Of a stretch of 64,000 bases of DNA, positions 62,890 to 64,000 are shown piece after piece (position 1 is the first letter of the stretch; each line of letters starts with the position of its first letter). Source of the stretch: Callorhinchus milii. Its lineage: Eukaryota. Under the pieces are notes generated by a model, which was given only the letters and a program-made list of their open reading frames with translations, did not search any database and was not told the origin of the DNA. Both the position numbers and the translations under genes were made by a program. Location of the stretch: the NCBI RefSeq assembly GCF_018977255.1, contig NW_024704951.1:1-64000 (forward strand), read 5' to 3'.

Positions 62890-63000
62890 TTAAAGCTGGA
62901 TTCATATTCTTTGGACCTTTCGGTAAAGTCACGTAGGTAGGTTTTTGTTATTTTCTTTGAACCTATCAACGTGACTTTACCGAAAGACCTAAAGAATATA
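62890..63000. mobile_element. Small diverged Penelope-like hairpin
   Basis: ATATTCTTTGGACCTTTCGGTAAAGTCACGT...ACGTGACTTTACCGAAAGACCTAAAGAATAT inverted arms. Confidence 0.7.
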
Positions 63001-64000
63001 ATACAGTCTTTCTCGCTTGATCATTTACCGATTATGTTTTAGTGTGTTTATGTCAGGTCTCAAAATTCAGATCTCACCGCAGGATACAGTTCTTATAATT
63101 ATGATTATTACGAATGAACTTAGGAAGGGACACTCAGACTCTTCTGCGTTAAGCAACTTTAATATCTAAAAACAAAACACTGTAATATGCTAACTCTTAC
63201 GCTAGGAATTGTCAACCCAGTATTCCTGGAAATGTTCTACTCATTGATCCATACAAGTAACCCTCAATGGTTATGTTTATTAACTGGATAACAGAACAAT
63301 ATGCTAATTGCTCAGAGTAAAGCGACCATACACGCCGATAGGAAAAAAGTCCTTAAGAATCTGTTACAATATTCATACGAACAGTAGTAAAGAAACATGT
63401 GCCCAAGGCCAAAGTAGTTTTCAATGAATTAATTGGTATGATTATGCAATTGATCGAAATGCCCTGGAACAATAATGTGTGTCAGTGTGCCTGTTTGCCT
63501 AATAAATGCTTATCAATTGGTTAATGGGCTTGAATCCGCGGGCAAGATTCCGTGATCAAAAGAAATAAATCTCAACACAATAGTATTCCTGTGAGTGTGT
63601 AGATTCATAACATCGCTTATAAATGTTTAACGTCAATTAATGTATTGCTAAAGCTATGCAATTAACGAACCGAATGACTAAAATACTTCTATACGACCTT
63701 ATTCAAGCAGCTCAATGGACCAGACAATGTTTTCCACGATCAGCTAATAGTTAACGCACCACCTTAGGATGGCCTTTTCGAAACAAAGATCACTTTTGGA
63801 GCAATCTTATTAGTTCCCGATATGTGTGTTGTGTGTGTGGGTGTATTGTCTTCGTGCTCAACTCTTTGAGTGAAGCCGGCGCCGAGGTGGGGCTTTCCTT
63901 GTACGGAGAATACCTCTGTTCGCTTGCCTCCTGGGCGATGAGTCGTGTGTGTGTGTGTGTGCGGGCGTGTCATACACACGGCGCTCTCTCTTGATAGCAG

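Overview
The window has two very different parts. Positions 1-24923 look like statistically random DNA: roughly even base use, no CpG depletion, no microsatellites, no recognisable genes or repeats, and an abrupt junction at ~24924. It is most likely filler or a replaced gap, and I call no features in it. Positions 24924-64000 are animal (probably vertebrate) genomic DNA forming a head-to-tail array of an ~8.7-8.9 kb unit: three full young copies, a fourth that grades into a more diverged version, and a fifth diverged paralog. Each unit carries one C2H2 zinc-finger coding exon with 7-9 fingers. No KRAB, SCAN or BTB domain is visible; instead there is a C-terminal cluster of psi-K-x-E (SUMO-consensus) repeats. 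Each of units 1-4 also has a CpG-rich double-CRE promoter candidate that probably drives the ZNF exon of the next unit. Nested mobile-element relics include a deleted Helitron, a Tigger-like MITE, a palindromic MITE, a solo LTR, tRNA/V-SINE pieces and RTE LINE fragments. There are also many short fold-back Penelope-like ends with 12-bp TSDs, some carrying minimal hammerhead ribozymes whose stems covary between subfamilies. All calls come from reading the sequence by eye; no searches were run.
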